From IMG/VR virus record IMGVR_UViG_3300033475_000057, positions 1 through 44,126 of that record: DNA of 44,126 bases; one strand, given 5' to 3'. Source of the stretch: a virus. Its lineage: Duplodnaviria > Caudoviricetes. Positions 16,834 to 26,479 of the stretch are shown piece after piece. The translations under genes and the position numbers were made by a program. The notes below the pieces were generated by a model. The model had not been told where the DNA came from. It saw only the letters and a program-made list of their open reading frames with translations, and ran no database searches. Positions within the stretch are counted from its first letter, which is position 1; each line of letters starts with the position of its first letter.

Positions 16834-17294
16834 ACTGTTCCCGTCCTCATCATCCCGGCCAGACGATCTGCGCGCTTGCCAACCTGTCGCGCCCATTTCG
16901 ATGCCAGCATTCCGTCAGCGGCATCATCGAACCTGGCCTCATGCACACATGCCAAAGTGTTTTTGAACCCGAGCAATCCGGCTACGCCGAGGTTGAAAGC
17001 CATGTTGACGATCACGCGCTGACGCACTTCATCGAGATCTCGCCACCATGCGATATGCTCATCGAGTTGTGTGCATTTCGCATCAATATCGGCGTCGAGA
17101 AGCGCATCCGACTGCGCCTCGGTGATCGATCCACCCTTGCGTAAATCGACGCCAAACGGCGCAGGATTTGCTCCTTTGCTTGGGTCGATAAGGTGGCCCA
17201 CGCCAACCGTCCAAAGCCCGAGGCTGTCCTTATAGGCGACCAGTTTCTCACCCTCATCATGGCGTAGCTCAGCGCGCAGTATCGACTGGTCCAT
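16830..17294 (-). CDS. Endolysin, T4-type phage lysozyme (GH24)
   Basis: DEG....YKDSLGLWTVGVGHL and NMAFNLG...F...SKWARQVGKRA motifs. Confidence 0.95.
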   Translation of the reverse strand: MDQSILRAELRHDEGEKLVAYKDSLGLWTVGVGHLIDPSKGANPAPFGVDLRKGGSITEAQSDALLDADIDAKCTQLDEHIAWWRDLDEVRQRVIVNMAFNLGVAGLLGFKNTLACVHEARFDDAADGMLASKWARQVGKRADRLAGMMRTGTV

Positions 17295-17577
17295 GATCCA
17301 CCCAATCAGAAAGACGACGGCACTTGCCGCGCGTCAGCAAACCACGCAACCATGCCCCTGCGATGCAGACTGCTACGCCACATGCGATGAGGTTCAACGC
17401 CGACAGAAAATCCGTGCGATGGTCGGACAGCATGCCGGCTGCACCCATGAGACCAACCGATATCAAGATCAGTCCGAACTTGACGACCACGCCATCTTTG
17501 ATGCGATGCGATAGCACCATGCCAGCGACAGCAATGGCGACGATCAGCAGAAAAAATACATTGAAAGTAACTTCCAT
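17269..17577 (-). CDS. Holin or antiholin-like membrane protein (3 TM)
   Basis: Three hydrophobic segments and a basic C-terminus; upstream of the lysozyme. Confidence 0.7.
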   Translation of the reverse strand: MEVTFNVFFLLIVAIAVAGMVLSHRIKDGVVVKFGLILISVGLMGAAGMLSDHRTDFLSALNLIACGVAVCIAGAWLRGLLTRGKCRRLSDWVDHGPVDTAR

Positions 17578-17580
17578 GGA

Positions 17581-17913
17581 TCAATCCCTCCGGCTCAACC
17601 AGCCAGAAATAATCTCTCCGAACTTCACTTCGCGCATGCCGGCGAAAATAGCCGCCATCAGGCTCAAGCCGAAGGTGCCGATGAAGAACCCCATCAACCC
17701 AGCCAGGCCCAATGTCTTTATCTCGAAATACTCGATTACCCCCGGCGCGCAGAACGTGGCGACCACGCTACCAACCACCAGATTAGCCAGCTTCTCGCCG
17801 ATATTATTTCCTGGGATCAGCCTTGCAGCTGCGAACATGGAACCACCCACACCGGCAAGGATGGACACGCCGAGCGGAGTATCAAGCGCTTCACGGACAT
17901 TGAGTTCGCTCAT
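17581..17913 (-). CDS. Putative holin
   Basis: Three Gly-rich hydrophobic helices; first gene of the lysis cassette. Confidence 0.75.
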   Translation of the reverse strand: MSELNVREALDTPLGVSILAGVGGSMFAAARLIPGNNIGEKLANLVVGSVVATFCAPGVIEYFEIKTLGLAGLMGFFIGTFGLSLMAAIFAGMREVKFGEIISGWLSRRD

Positions 17914-17940
17914 AGTATAGGTCGCCTAGACGAGTGTTTA

Positions 17941-18021
17941 TTATGTTCGCAGCTGCGCGGTTACAGGATTGGTTCGAAGGGCTTTGTCGGTCATTCTGAT
18001 GTTCACGCTAGTGAGCGGCAT
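17941..18021 (-). CDS. 26-aa mini-ORF or gene remnant
   Basis: MPLTSVNIRMTDKALRTNPVTAQLRT with a strong AAGGGAGG RBS. Confidence 0.35.
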   Translation of the reverse strand: MPLTSVNIRMTDKALRTNPVTAQLRT

Positions 18022-18033
18022 ATGCCTCCCTTG

Positions 18034-18912
18034 TTAGAGTAGGTTGAACAGCTTAGCGTGGCCGCTATCATTCGGGTGTACCCCGTCAGCGGTCAAATCC
18101 GCTGCTGGGTTTAGCGCAGAAAATGCATCCTTTGGCGCGATCCCAAACTCGGCCAAAACGTCCGATATGATTGTGTTATACGCAATGACGTTTTGCTCGG
18201 ATGTGCCAAACTGCAAGTACGCGGCGTTCGACATCTTCGGAATGTTGATCGCAATCAAATTCCCAGACTGCTCCGCACTCCCTGCGATAAAGTCCAGATA
18301 GAAAACCTTTCCTTGGGTGTTCTGGATAATCTCGACTGTATGTGGCCCATCAGCTAAGCCGTCGAAATGTGCACACGCCGGCCCATAAGTAGCACCGTTG
18401 ACAGAGTTCATCACACCGAAAGAGTTGAGCGTTCCGATAACGTTGCCGTCAATCTTAACAATGGCGTCAGCCCCAGATGTTGGGTAATTCTGAATTATGT
18501 ACCCGACAAAAACAGTAGTGCCGTTGACGGTGCAGGTAGCTGTCGCGCCGGCTTGGTAAGTGTTTTTTCCAAACGTATTGGCTTGTGTATTACCCCAAGT
18601 CCCCGTGTAGGTCATGCGGGAATCATTGGCCTTTATCTTTTGCGGAAGCAGAAGCCATGCAACGCACTGACGGTAGAACCTGCGAAAGAACTCCATCTTA
18701 GTGGGGTCATTCAGATAGCTTCTGTGGTCGTTCGTTCCTACCATGAGAGTAAAATCTGACTGCTGCGAAATGTCGGCTACCTGAATCGCCGCGCCAACAT
18801 CAACGGCTTGGGAACCACTGACGGCTTTATTACTGAACAGCAGCCCAGCCCAAGATTTTGCAGGGGCAGATGCCCCCACGCCGACTGTGATTGAATCGCC
18901 AAAAGCTCTCAT
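18034..18912 (-). CDS. SGNH/GDSL hydrolase (esterase), tail-associated
   Basis: FGDSITVG, GTND and DGVHPNDSGH blocks with an inserted beta-sandwich; directly after the tail fibre. Confidence 0.9.
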   Translation of the reverse strand: MRAFGDSITVGVGASAPAKSWAGLLFSNKAVSGSQAVDVGAAIQVADISQQSDFTLMVGTNDHRSYLNDPTKMEFFRRFYRQCVAWLLLPQKIKANDSRMTYTGTWGNTQANTFGKNTYQAGATATCTVNGTTVFVGYIIQNYPTSGADAIVKIDGNVIGTLNSFGVMNSVNGATYGPACAHFDGLADGPHTVEIIQNTQGKVFYLDFIAGSAEQSGNLIAINIPKMSNAAYLQFGTSEQNVIAYNTIISDVLAEFGIAPKDAFSALNPAADLTADGVHPNDSGHAKLFNLL

Positions 18913-18920
18913 GTTTATTC

Positions 18921-20375
18921 CTATTCGTAAAGAATGTTAATGCTGCCAGCATCAAACGTGTCAGTACCACCTACTGTGGTAAGCCGAATGCGGTCTAATA
19001 CTCCGCTAAGCGTCTTGTTTCCGGAAATTGTTACTAAGGCAGTAGTAGAGGAATTTGCTAATCCTCCGACACAAAACCATATGTTAGAGCCCATATGCGT
19101 TAGTACTATACTTCCTGACCAAACATTAGATGAGTTTCCACTAGCAAAATAGAACCCGCTAGGCGCATTAGTTACCGCGGGAAGTGTTGCGTCTACGAGT
19201 ACCGCTGAGGCTGCGCTATATCCAGATGTGTCTATCGATCCTGCGCCAAGTTGCAGAAAATATGCTGCGACGCCATTAGTGCTAACACCCTTGAGCATTA
19301 ACGTGATCCGTTTTACCCAAGACGGAATTCCAGTTAAATCGACAAACGTGCCGGAAGTAGTGTTTACGGCTGTTCCGAGCACTGGGTTTGCCGATAAAAC
19401 ACCGCCAGATAAATTCAAGTTTCCACTGAGGGACAATTGCTCAATGTCGCCAGTACCGGCACTTGAACGGCCAAGCACCCTAGCCGTAGATATATTCTGC
19501 GTCTTGGCGAACGTAACGGCATCATCCGCGATCTTGGCCGTTGTTACGTACGAGTCTGCCATTTTGGCACGGCCTGCCGTGTCGGCTGTCAGCACGCCAT
19601 CAACCAGCTTTGGAGTCGTAACCGATGCATCAGACACAGACCCAACTGGCAATGCAGATCCCCACACAACAAGGATGTTGTTTGTTCCAACACCTGGCGC
19701 TGTGACGAACGACAGTTTCGTTCCGAGGATCGTGTAGTCAGTTCCTGGACGCTGGCGAATGCCGCTGATATGGACCTGCGCATTGTTCTCGCTGATCAGG
19801 TCACTGGATGCGATGAAGTCTTTTGTCGAACCGTCGCCGCTACCAATAAGTTTCGAGAAATTCCCATAGGCGACAATGGCCGCCAGCGTTGATGGATCGA
19901 TATTCCCAAGCCCATCAGCAGAGCTATTCCAGCCGATCAGAAAGTTTGCTTGCGGTACAGGAAGTTCAGTATTCACGCCTGATGCAGTCGGCGGCAGAGC
20001 GAGCGCAGAAGCGACACGCTCCTGCAGCTGCTGGATCAGCATCGTTGCCTTATCCAGAGCATCCTCATGCGACTCCGCCGGGAACGCATCGTTCTGCACA
20101 TAGTTGGCCTCTTGCGTCGCCGGAACATTGCGCACGATGGTCAGATTTTCGCCGAGAGCAAGCGGAGCGGTAAGCGTGACGGATCCGGTCGGATTGCCGA
20201 CGCCAGCAACGCTGTAATCAGTCGTCAGAACGAGATCTGAATTTACGCCGGCCGTGCTGGTCTTGATGACGCGCAGATGGGTCTGGTCAAGAAAGCGAAA
20301 CTCGACGAGGAAAGGGCCAGTACTGCCCGCACCGGCATAAGGGCCCGACTTGTTGATGGTGGATTCGACGGTCAA
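18921..20375 (-). CDS. Tail fibre protein
   Basis: T7-like N-terminal anchor (FRFLDQTHLRV...FPAESHEDALDKATMLIQQ), VTTAKIAD repeats and a C-terminal tip domain. Confidence 0.9.
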   Translation of the reverse strand: MTVESTINKSGPYAGAGSTGPFLVEFRFLDQTHLRVIKTSTAGVNSDLVLTTDYSVAGVGNPTGSVTLTAPLALGENLTIVRNVPATQEANYVQNDAFPAESHEDALDKATMLIQQLQERVASALALPPTASGVNTELPVPQANFLIGWNSSADGLGNIDPSTLAAIVAYGNFSKLIGSGDGSTKDFIASSDLISENNAQVHISGIRQRPGTDYTILGTKLSFVTAPGVGTNNILVVWGSALPVGSVSDASVTTPKLVDGVLTADTAGRAKMADSYVTTAKIADDAVTFAKTQNISTARVLGRSSAGTGDIEQLSLSGNLNLSGGVLSANPVLGTAVNTTSGTFVDLTGIPSWVKRITLMLKGVSTNGVAAYFLQLGAGSIDTSGYSAASAVLVDATLPAVTNAPSGFYFASGNSSNVWSGSIVLTHMGSNIWFCVGGLANSSTTALVTISGNKTLSGVLDRIRLTTVGGTDTFDAGSINILYE

Positions 20376-20393
20376 AGCGCGCCCCTCCTAAGA

Positions 20394-20462
20394 GTTGCGC
20401 AATTCTAACCGTGTTGTGCGAATACAACAATGCAACAGCAAACGGCGTTGCGTTTTTACAAC
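20394..20462 (-). promoter_or_regulatory. Tail-fibre promoter with 16-bp palindromes
   Basis: Minus strand TTGTTG-17-TAGAAT; gttgtgcgaatacaac (20413-20428) and gttgcgtttttacaac (20447-20462). Confidence 0.55.
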
Positions 20463-20463
20463 A

Positions 20464-23010
20464 CTATTGCTGCCAAGCCTTGCCCATATCTGGAGCGCGC
20501 ATGTTGTCGCTGGCCGGATCCCAGTAATAGGACGCGCCATAGTCTTGCTGCATGCGGCGCTTCATTTTGCCCAGATAACCCGGCGAGACATATTCCTGCA
20601 GGTCATTGAAAATCAGATGATCCAGCGCAGACTTTGTGTACCAGAGGTTTGCCAGGGGGATATTCGACTTGCCGAAGCGGACCGCCTCCGCCTCCCATTT
20701 CGTGTCTTTACCCTGCATGGCTTGGACGATATTGCCCTGCGTCAGCCCCAGCAGTTGCTCAAACATGCCGGCGACAGGGCCCAGCGCCGCGCCCAGAGGA
20801 CTGGTGTCGTGCCGCGTCACGTTCGAGAACAGGAAGTCGCCATAGATGCCGAACGAGCCGCCCTGCAGGAAGGCAGCCACCCAGTTCTTGACGCCATTGT
20901 CAGCCGCCGGGTTGAGGTTGCGAGGATCGCGGCCGGCGATCAGTTCCTTGACCTGCATGGTGAAGGCACCGAGCAGCGTGGTCGAGGCCATCAGCGCCGC
21001 GATATAGCCGACCTTGCCGGCGTTTGTATCCATGGCAAGGCCACGCTTCCAATGGCGATACACCACAGAAATCGGCGTCGTTTTGAACAGGAATACAGAG
21101 CGGGCGAGCTCGCCCTTCCAGGTGCCACGCTGAAGGCCGCCGCCGAGCATTTCGCGCTCGATACCCTTTGGCGTGATCACGGCCATATCGACTTCCTCGC
21201 CGACGGCACCGATCAGGCGCAGAGCAGCATCACGGCGGATGCGCTGCACCGCCTGACGCATGCCTTCGCCATTCTCACCAGCCGTCGCAAGATCAGGAAT
21301 TAGCCGTGCCAATTTATCATCTGGAATGGCGTAGATCGCATCAGGCGTCAGTACGGAATTGTTGCCGCCCCATTGCTCAGGCTCAGCTGCACGCCAAACC
21401 TGCCAGTCGGTATCGGTAACACCCTTCGACAACAGAATGCGATTGTCGTCAGCATCGAGCTTTGCCAGAGAATCGACGCCGCGCGTCAGATGCCCGATTG
21501 AGTCCATCATCGTGACGCCAAAGGCCCGACGGCGAACATCAGTGATCGCATTGAGGCCAGAGGCGCGCATGGTGAAATGCGCCAGCTTAGACGTGACTGT
21601 CGAGCCGAGATTATCCTGCCCCCAGCGGTTGAGATCGCCGAGCATGGTTTCCATGGCAAGGCCAGCACGACGCGCCTGACGCAGTTCCTCTGCGTCGCCA
21701 AGGTTCATAGCGCGGAGCTCGTTTCCGAACACCTGCATATATGACATGTTATTGACCTTGGCCGTGATCGCCATGGTGCCTTCATCGGCAATCGACGAAA
21801 TCACAGCGCCGCCAAGGCGTGTCGATACAAGGAAATTGCGGATGCCATCGCCGAGCCGCGCCAGCCATTCACGGGCGACGGGTTGCTGTTGCCCAGACAT
21901 GAATTTCCAGAGATTATCGAGCTTCACGGCCTGCGCCTGATAGCGGCCAATATTCTTCGGGTCCGCGGTCACAGCTTCCTTTGTGCCTTGGTCGCGCAGA
22001 TACTCGAACATACGATCCGGATTCGGCCCAAACTCTTCCACCATGGCGGTATCGCGCGCCATGCTTGCCACGTGGTCGACCATGGTTTTCAGCATCGGCT
22101 GTCCGGAATAGTCCTCATGATATTTCAGCCACTCATCGGGCCCCTTGAAATGGAGCTCGCGGTGCGCAGCATGGCGGTTCGCCATCATGGAGTTTCCGAC
22201 CCGCCCTGGCTCCATGGTGTTCAGCCCGTTGGTCGCCAGCGTATTCCATGACTCACGCAAAAAACCTTCGATCTGCTGAGCGGAATAATAGGTACCGTCC
22301 TCGTTGACATATTTCGAGCGGTCGATCAGCGGTCGAACATCGTCCATCCATTTTTGCTCACCGACCTGCGCAATGCGCAGCTGAGAATGCGTCTGCGGCA
22401 TGGCCCAATCCTCAAGGCTGCCAATCTTGCCGCCGAGCGAATTGAATGTGTCCTTCATGCCATTGGCGACTTCGTGCCAGCCATGCGCTGCCTTGACGAT
22501 TTTCGGATCGATACCTTCCGTCTGTCCATAGAGCGCGCGTACAAAGGCGATCACACCATCATTGTTCTCGAACAGGCCGAGCATGCGTGGGTCCAATGCA
22601 TCGAACGCATCCTGCAGAAGGCGCAGCGCATCAGAGCGGATCGATGTGGCCAGCGTTTCGATGGAACGGAATGCGCCCTTTCCATCCGTCACGGAGGCGA
22701 TCTTGCGCTTCAAAGCATCAAGACGTCCACCTTCCCAATTGCCAGTTTCGCGGTCGAGCTTGTCTTTTGCCTCGAGCATGCGCTGCAGACGGAACTTCTG
22801 CTGCTCGGCTTCGCGGATCAGTTCATCAACGGCAGCATCGGCGGCCTTCTGCAGGCGCTGTGATTCATTCAGCTTCTGCCATTCCTGCGGATCACGACGA
22901 GCCAGCAGACGCTGATTGCGCGCGATCCGATCCTCGACATTCTTGATTTCTGCTTGGGTCAGTTCGCGGCCGGCAGCGTTCTGCACAGCCTGGACGCATC
23001 GAGCTCTCAT
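20464..23010 (-). CDS. Internal virion (ejection) protein, epsilon15-like
   Basis: Large helical protein, MRARCVQAVQNAAGRELT start, C-terminal GGSFGIYGDFLF...PLANLWY; podovirus gene position. Confidence 0.75.
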   Translation of the reverse strand: MRARCVQAVQNAAGRELTQAEIKNVEDRIARNQRLLARRDPQEWQKLNESQRLQKAADAAVDELIREAEQQKFRLQRMLEAKDKLDRETGNWEGGRLDALKRKIASVTDGKGAFRSIETLATSIRSDALRLLQDAFDALDPRMLGLFENNDGVIAFVRALYGQTEGIDPKIVKAAHGWHEVANGMKDTFNSLGGKIGSLEDWAMPQTHSQLRIAQVGEQKWMDDVRPLIDRSKYVNEDGTYYSAQQIEGFLRESWNTLATNGLNTMEPGRVGNSMMANRHAAHRELHFKGPDEWLKYHEDYSGQPMLKTMVDHVASMARDTAMVEEFGPNPDRMFEYLRDQGTKEAVTADPKNIGRYQAQAVKLDNLWKFMSGQQQPVAREWLARLGDGIRNFLVSTRLGGAVISSIADEGTMAITAKVNNMSYMQVFGNELRAMNLGDAEELRQARRAGLAMETMLGDLNRWGQDNLGSTVTSKLAHFTMRASGLNAITDVRRRAFGVTMMDSIGHLTRGVDSLAKLDADDNRILLSKGVTDTDWQVWRAAEPEQWGGNNSVLTPDAIYAIPDDKLARLIPDLATAGENGEGMRQAVQRIRRDAALRLIGAVGEEVDMAVITPKGIEREMLGGGLQRGTWKGELARSVFLFKTTPISVVYRHWKRGLAMDTNAGKVGYIAALMASTTLLGAFTMQVKELIAGRDPRNLNPAADNGVKNWVAAFLQGGSFGIYGDFLFSNVTRHDTSPLGAALGPVAGMFEQLLGLTQGNIVQAMQGKDTKWEAEAVRFGKSNIPLANLWYTKSALDHLIFNDLQEYVSPGYLGKMKRRMQQDYGASYYWDPASDNMRAPDMGKAWQQ

Positions 23011-23014
23011 CTAA

Positions 23015-26000
23015 TCACCCACGAAGGAAGCACGCCACAGCGGCGTCATAGCCGGCAGCGTCTTTCTCTGCCTTGGCGATTGTAGCATCGGCCTCAGCCA
23101 GCGCCGGAACAGCCGTGCGGATATCTCCGGCATCGTCGACCAACTTGGCGTTTGGCGCGCTTTCGAGAATTTGGCTTACGGTGTTTTCACTTGCGCCAAG
23201 CTGTTCTTGCGCAGATTCTCCGCCATCTGCTCGCCCATTATCCGGCCGTGCGCCTTGAAGTTCTTGTTGAACAGTTCGTCGTCCAGCGCGCTCGCCTGAT
23301 CCGCCGGCAGGCTCTTTAGCACTTCCCACGCGGCCCTTGGCTCCATCGCCACCAGCTGTTCCGCGGTATACGGTTTCCGTGATCCTTCCATTTTTGAACT
23401 CACTTTCCAGTGCGGCCTTTAGTCGAGCCTCAAGGTCATTATAGTCAATCTGCTTGAGTATTGCAATATCCGCAACACGTTGCGACCCATTCGGCCCTGT
23501 ATTGTCGATAATATTCCAGCGGAAATTCGGGTTTTCGCCGAATTCCTTAATCAAGCGCGGCGCAACCTCGGCGGCACCTATATGGGTCTTGGCATGCTCG
23601 GTGAGCGGGGCAGTGCGGCCCTGGCGCATGGCACGCGGCAGAGAGCCTTCCGTCAGCGCAACGACAGGATCACGTGCGACATACAGGAAATCGACGGTTT
23701 TACCGGCCTCGAGCGCCTGACGAATTCGGCCGGCGGCCGACGAGTAGGTGTTCATATTCGTGTCATAGACGATTTGCGCAGACTTGATGGCAGCCTGGGC
23801 CGCTGGAACGCGTGCAATTGCCGATGATTTACCCGAACCCGTACCGCCAGCCGTGAATGCCACCATGGCGCGCTCGCCGTCCTTCGGCTTCTCAGCCAGC
23901 TTGCGGCGATACATTTCCTTGACCAGCCACGATGCCGGCTCATGCACGGCCGCTGACAGCATCGAGCGCGCGTCCTTCGATGCATTGTACTCAGGCGACA
24001 GATCGCGGGCGATATCGGTATTCAGGATTTTGCCGCCGTCGGAATCTGGCAGCGCCGCATAGGCACCGATGGCACGATCCACGTCCGCCAAAATCCAGTC
24101 GGCAAAGCGGGCTTCGATGGCACGTTGCTCTGGCGGAAGGTCCTTGGCTTCTGGAATCTTGCCACCATAAAGCCCCTTCTCAGCCGGTGCCGGGCCAGCA
24201 TCGTCAAACAGCGACACCTGCCCCTTGCTGTTGTTTTTATCCAACAGTGACGACAGGATGGCCGCACGGCTAGGCGGATCAGCCGCAAAAATATCAGCCT
24301 GCTTCGGATTACCCAGCGCGCGTACGGCGTTGTAATAGCCATTGATCAGGTCGGATAGCGCCTTTGATGAGCGCTTGTTTCCTTCCATGAAGCGCATCAG
24401 CGCGACGGCCTCGCCGCCAATGCTATTACCGAACATGTCGCCTTGGTTTACGAACTCATCGACCGACATGCCCTGTGCGCGGATATCGGCAAACTTCTCG
24501 ACGGCCTGCAGCAGCTGCGGCCGGATATCTCGGTCATAGAAATCGCCGACCTCGATACCCTGGCGCACATCAGCGGCATTGGCAGCAGCCCGCACCAGAG
24601 CGGCTGCGACATTCTTCTGCGTCTCATCAGCAGACTCGACCAGACGAGCCAGCGTCGGTGAATCACCATAGGCGTGATAGAGGATCGCATTGCGGGCGCG
24701 CTGCAGACCTTCAGCTGACACCTTGCCATCGGCACCGACAAGACCTGCCTGCTGATCAAGCGGCATGTTCGCCAGCCAGCGGCGCATGAAGTCGCGGGCA
24801 CTCGCTGCGCCGAGATCGCCATTCTCAGGCACCTGTAGGTTTTCCAGAGCAGGCATGCGCTCGGCATCAACCTTGGCCTGCTCGAGCGCAGACATGCGCA
24901 ATCCGCCGCCTTCGTTCGACAGAATGGCCGCATTGCGCACATCGACAGGGTTCTCGAAGCGACGCACCAGCACCGGCTTTTGCATGCCCTGCACAGTCGC
25001 TGGATCGATGCCATATTCGGCAGCACGGGCCTCAAGCTGGGCGCGATAGTCAGCCGCACTGCCCTTCTCGTAAGCCTGTCTTACCGCAGCCACACGTCCA
25101 TTGCCGCCAACAATACGACCATCATTGGCAAGCGTAGGCGCACCCTCTGCCATTGTTGGCGCATCACCGAGGCGACCGAATTGGAGATTGTTCGCGATGC
25201 TGTTGATCTGGATATCAGAGGCAGCCCGCGTTCTGTCGCGAAATTGGTTTTCGGCCTTGCCGATCTGTGGCGCAAGCGTATCCGCTTCTACGACATCAAA
25301 CCGAACAGGCTCTGGCCTATCACCGACAAACAGTTCAGCACGGCGACCATTGCCAACTGCAGGCGCATCGATCTGCCGCCCCGTGAATATCTGATCATCA
25401 GCCGCTTCCAACCCGAGCGACTCAACCTCGGCCCGCAGCGTATCGACCTCATCAAGTACCTTGCGCAGCGGGTTCAAATCCTCAACGGCGGCCATGACGG
25501 CTGCTCGCTGCTCACTGCGCACTGGCACAAATGAGGCGTTCTCGATACCCGTTGCCGAGATATCGACAGCACGATCGGCGGCCAGATCATTGGCAGCCTT
25601 ATTTATAGCCTTGGTGTGCGCAGCCCGCGATGCCGGATCAGCCGGAACGCCAGGAGCAACACCTGTATCAACGTGCTGCACAGCATTGGCCGCGAGCGCA
25701 GAATCAATCACAGGCTGCGGGATATCAACCGGTGCACGATGCGTTTTCGCGCCGAGAACGCCGAACGCTGTACCGAGCACGGCATCAACTGCCATCGCCT
25801 CGCCATCGAATGCCTTGTACTGCTGGGCGAGCTCGCCATAGCCGCGCTGCTCGAGCAGTTCGCCGGTCGCGGCACGCTGCGCCACGCCTAGCCCGACATT
25901 GCCAGCGACGCCCGCGCCGATGGATTTCAGAACGCTTCCACCAATACTCGCCGGGAGGAACACGCCAGCTGCCTGAGTAAGACCGGTGATTGCGCCGCGG

Positions 26001-26479
26001 CCCATGGCCGTCGTCGGATCGAGCTTATCCTTTTCAAGGCCCATCACAGCGTCGGCATAACCTTGCGTGGTACCGACGGCAGCAGCGCCACCAGCCGGGC
26101 CGCCCATAACCGTGCCAGCGATGGCCGCCGGCAGCACATCGCCAGCGCCGAACAGCACCTGACCAGCAAGCCCCATGCGTGCATCCGGCATGGTTTCCTT
26201 GACCATGTTGATGCGCTTCTGGCGGTCATCATTCAGGAAGTCGGTTGCTGTGGTGCCGCCGAACATTTCATCGATGCCCTTGGCAATCGGCTTCAATGCA
26301 ACGTCAGCAGCATCACCGATCAGCAGCGCCGGCTTGGCAACGATGCCCGACCAGAGCCCGCGCGGCAGTGCTGTCGCACTCTGATCAAAGAAACTAGGCG
26401 TCAGGCCAGCAGACGGGTTCTGCTGCGCCCAAGTCATGGCATCGGCATCGGCGCGCGGATCAAGGTCGAAATAGCTCAA
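23015..26479 (-). CDS. Internal virion protein carrying ddrB-like ParB and zeta-toxin-like P-loop domains
   Basis: Gly/Ala hydrophobic N-terminus; NQFRDR...GAPT...GGNGR (ParB-like); FTAGGTGSGKS...YDTN...LYVARDP...RAMRQGR (zeta-like kinase). Confidence 0.75.
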   Translation of the reverse strand: MSYFDLDPRADADAMTWAQQNPSAGLTPSFFDQSATALPRGLWSGIVAKPALLIGDAADVALKPIAKGIDEMFGGTTATDFLNDDRQKRINMVKETMPDARMGLAGQVLFGAGDVLPAAIAGTVMGGPAGGAAAVGTTQGYADAVMGLEKDKLDPTTAMGRGAITGLTQAAGVFLPASIGGSVLKSIGAGVAGNVGLGVAQRAATGELLEQRGYGELAQQYKAFDGEAMAVDAVLGTAFGVLGAKTHRAPVDIPQPVIDSALAANAVQHVDTGVAPGVPADPASRAAHTKAINKAANDLAADRAVDISATGIENASFVPVRSEQRAAVMAAVEDLNPLRKVLDEVDTLRAEVESLGLEAADDQIFTGRQIDAPAVGNGRRAELFVGDRPEPVRFDVVEADTLAPQIGKAENQFRDRTRAASDIQINSIANNLQFGRLGDAPTMAEGAPTLANDGRIVGGNGRVAAVRQAYEKGSAADYRAQLEARAAEYGIDPATVQGMQKPVLVRRFENPVDVRNAAILSNEGGGLRMSALEQAKVDAERMPALENLQVPENGDLGAASARDFMRRWLANMPLDQQAGLVGADGKVSAEGLQRARNAILYHAYGDSPTLARLVESADETQKNVAAALVRAAANAADVRQGIEVGDFYDRDIRPQLLQAVEKFADIRAQGMSVDEFVNQGDMFGNSIGGEAVALMRFMEGNKRSSKALSDLINGYYNAVRALGNPKQADIFAADPPSRAAILSSLLDKNNSKGQVSLFDDAGPAPAEKGLYGGKIPEAKDLPPEQRAIEARFADWILADVDRAIGAYAALPDSDGGKILNTDIARDLSPEYNASKDARSMLSAAVHEPASWLVKEMYRRKLAEKPKDGERAMVAFTAGGTGSGKSSAIARVPAAQAAIKSAQIVYDTNMNTYSSAAGRIRQALEAGKTVDFLYVARDPVVALTEGSLPRAMRQGRTAPLTEHAKTHIGAAEVAPRLIKEFGENPNFRWNIIDNTGPNGSQRVADIAILKQIDYNDLEARLKAALESEFKNGRITETVYRGTAGGDGAKGRVGSAKEPAGGSGERAGRRTVQQELQGARPDNGRADGGESAQEQLGASENTVSQILESAPNAKLVDDAGDIRTAVPALAEADATIAKAEKDAAGYDAAVACFLRG

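Noticed and set aside
15712-20375. Diversity-generating retroelement, as in BPP-1
   Set aside because: No reverse transcriptase ORF is present. The two tip copies differ at all base types and mostly at synonymous sites, not specifically at adenines.
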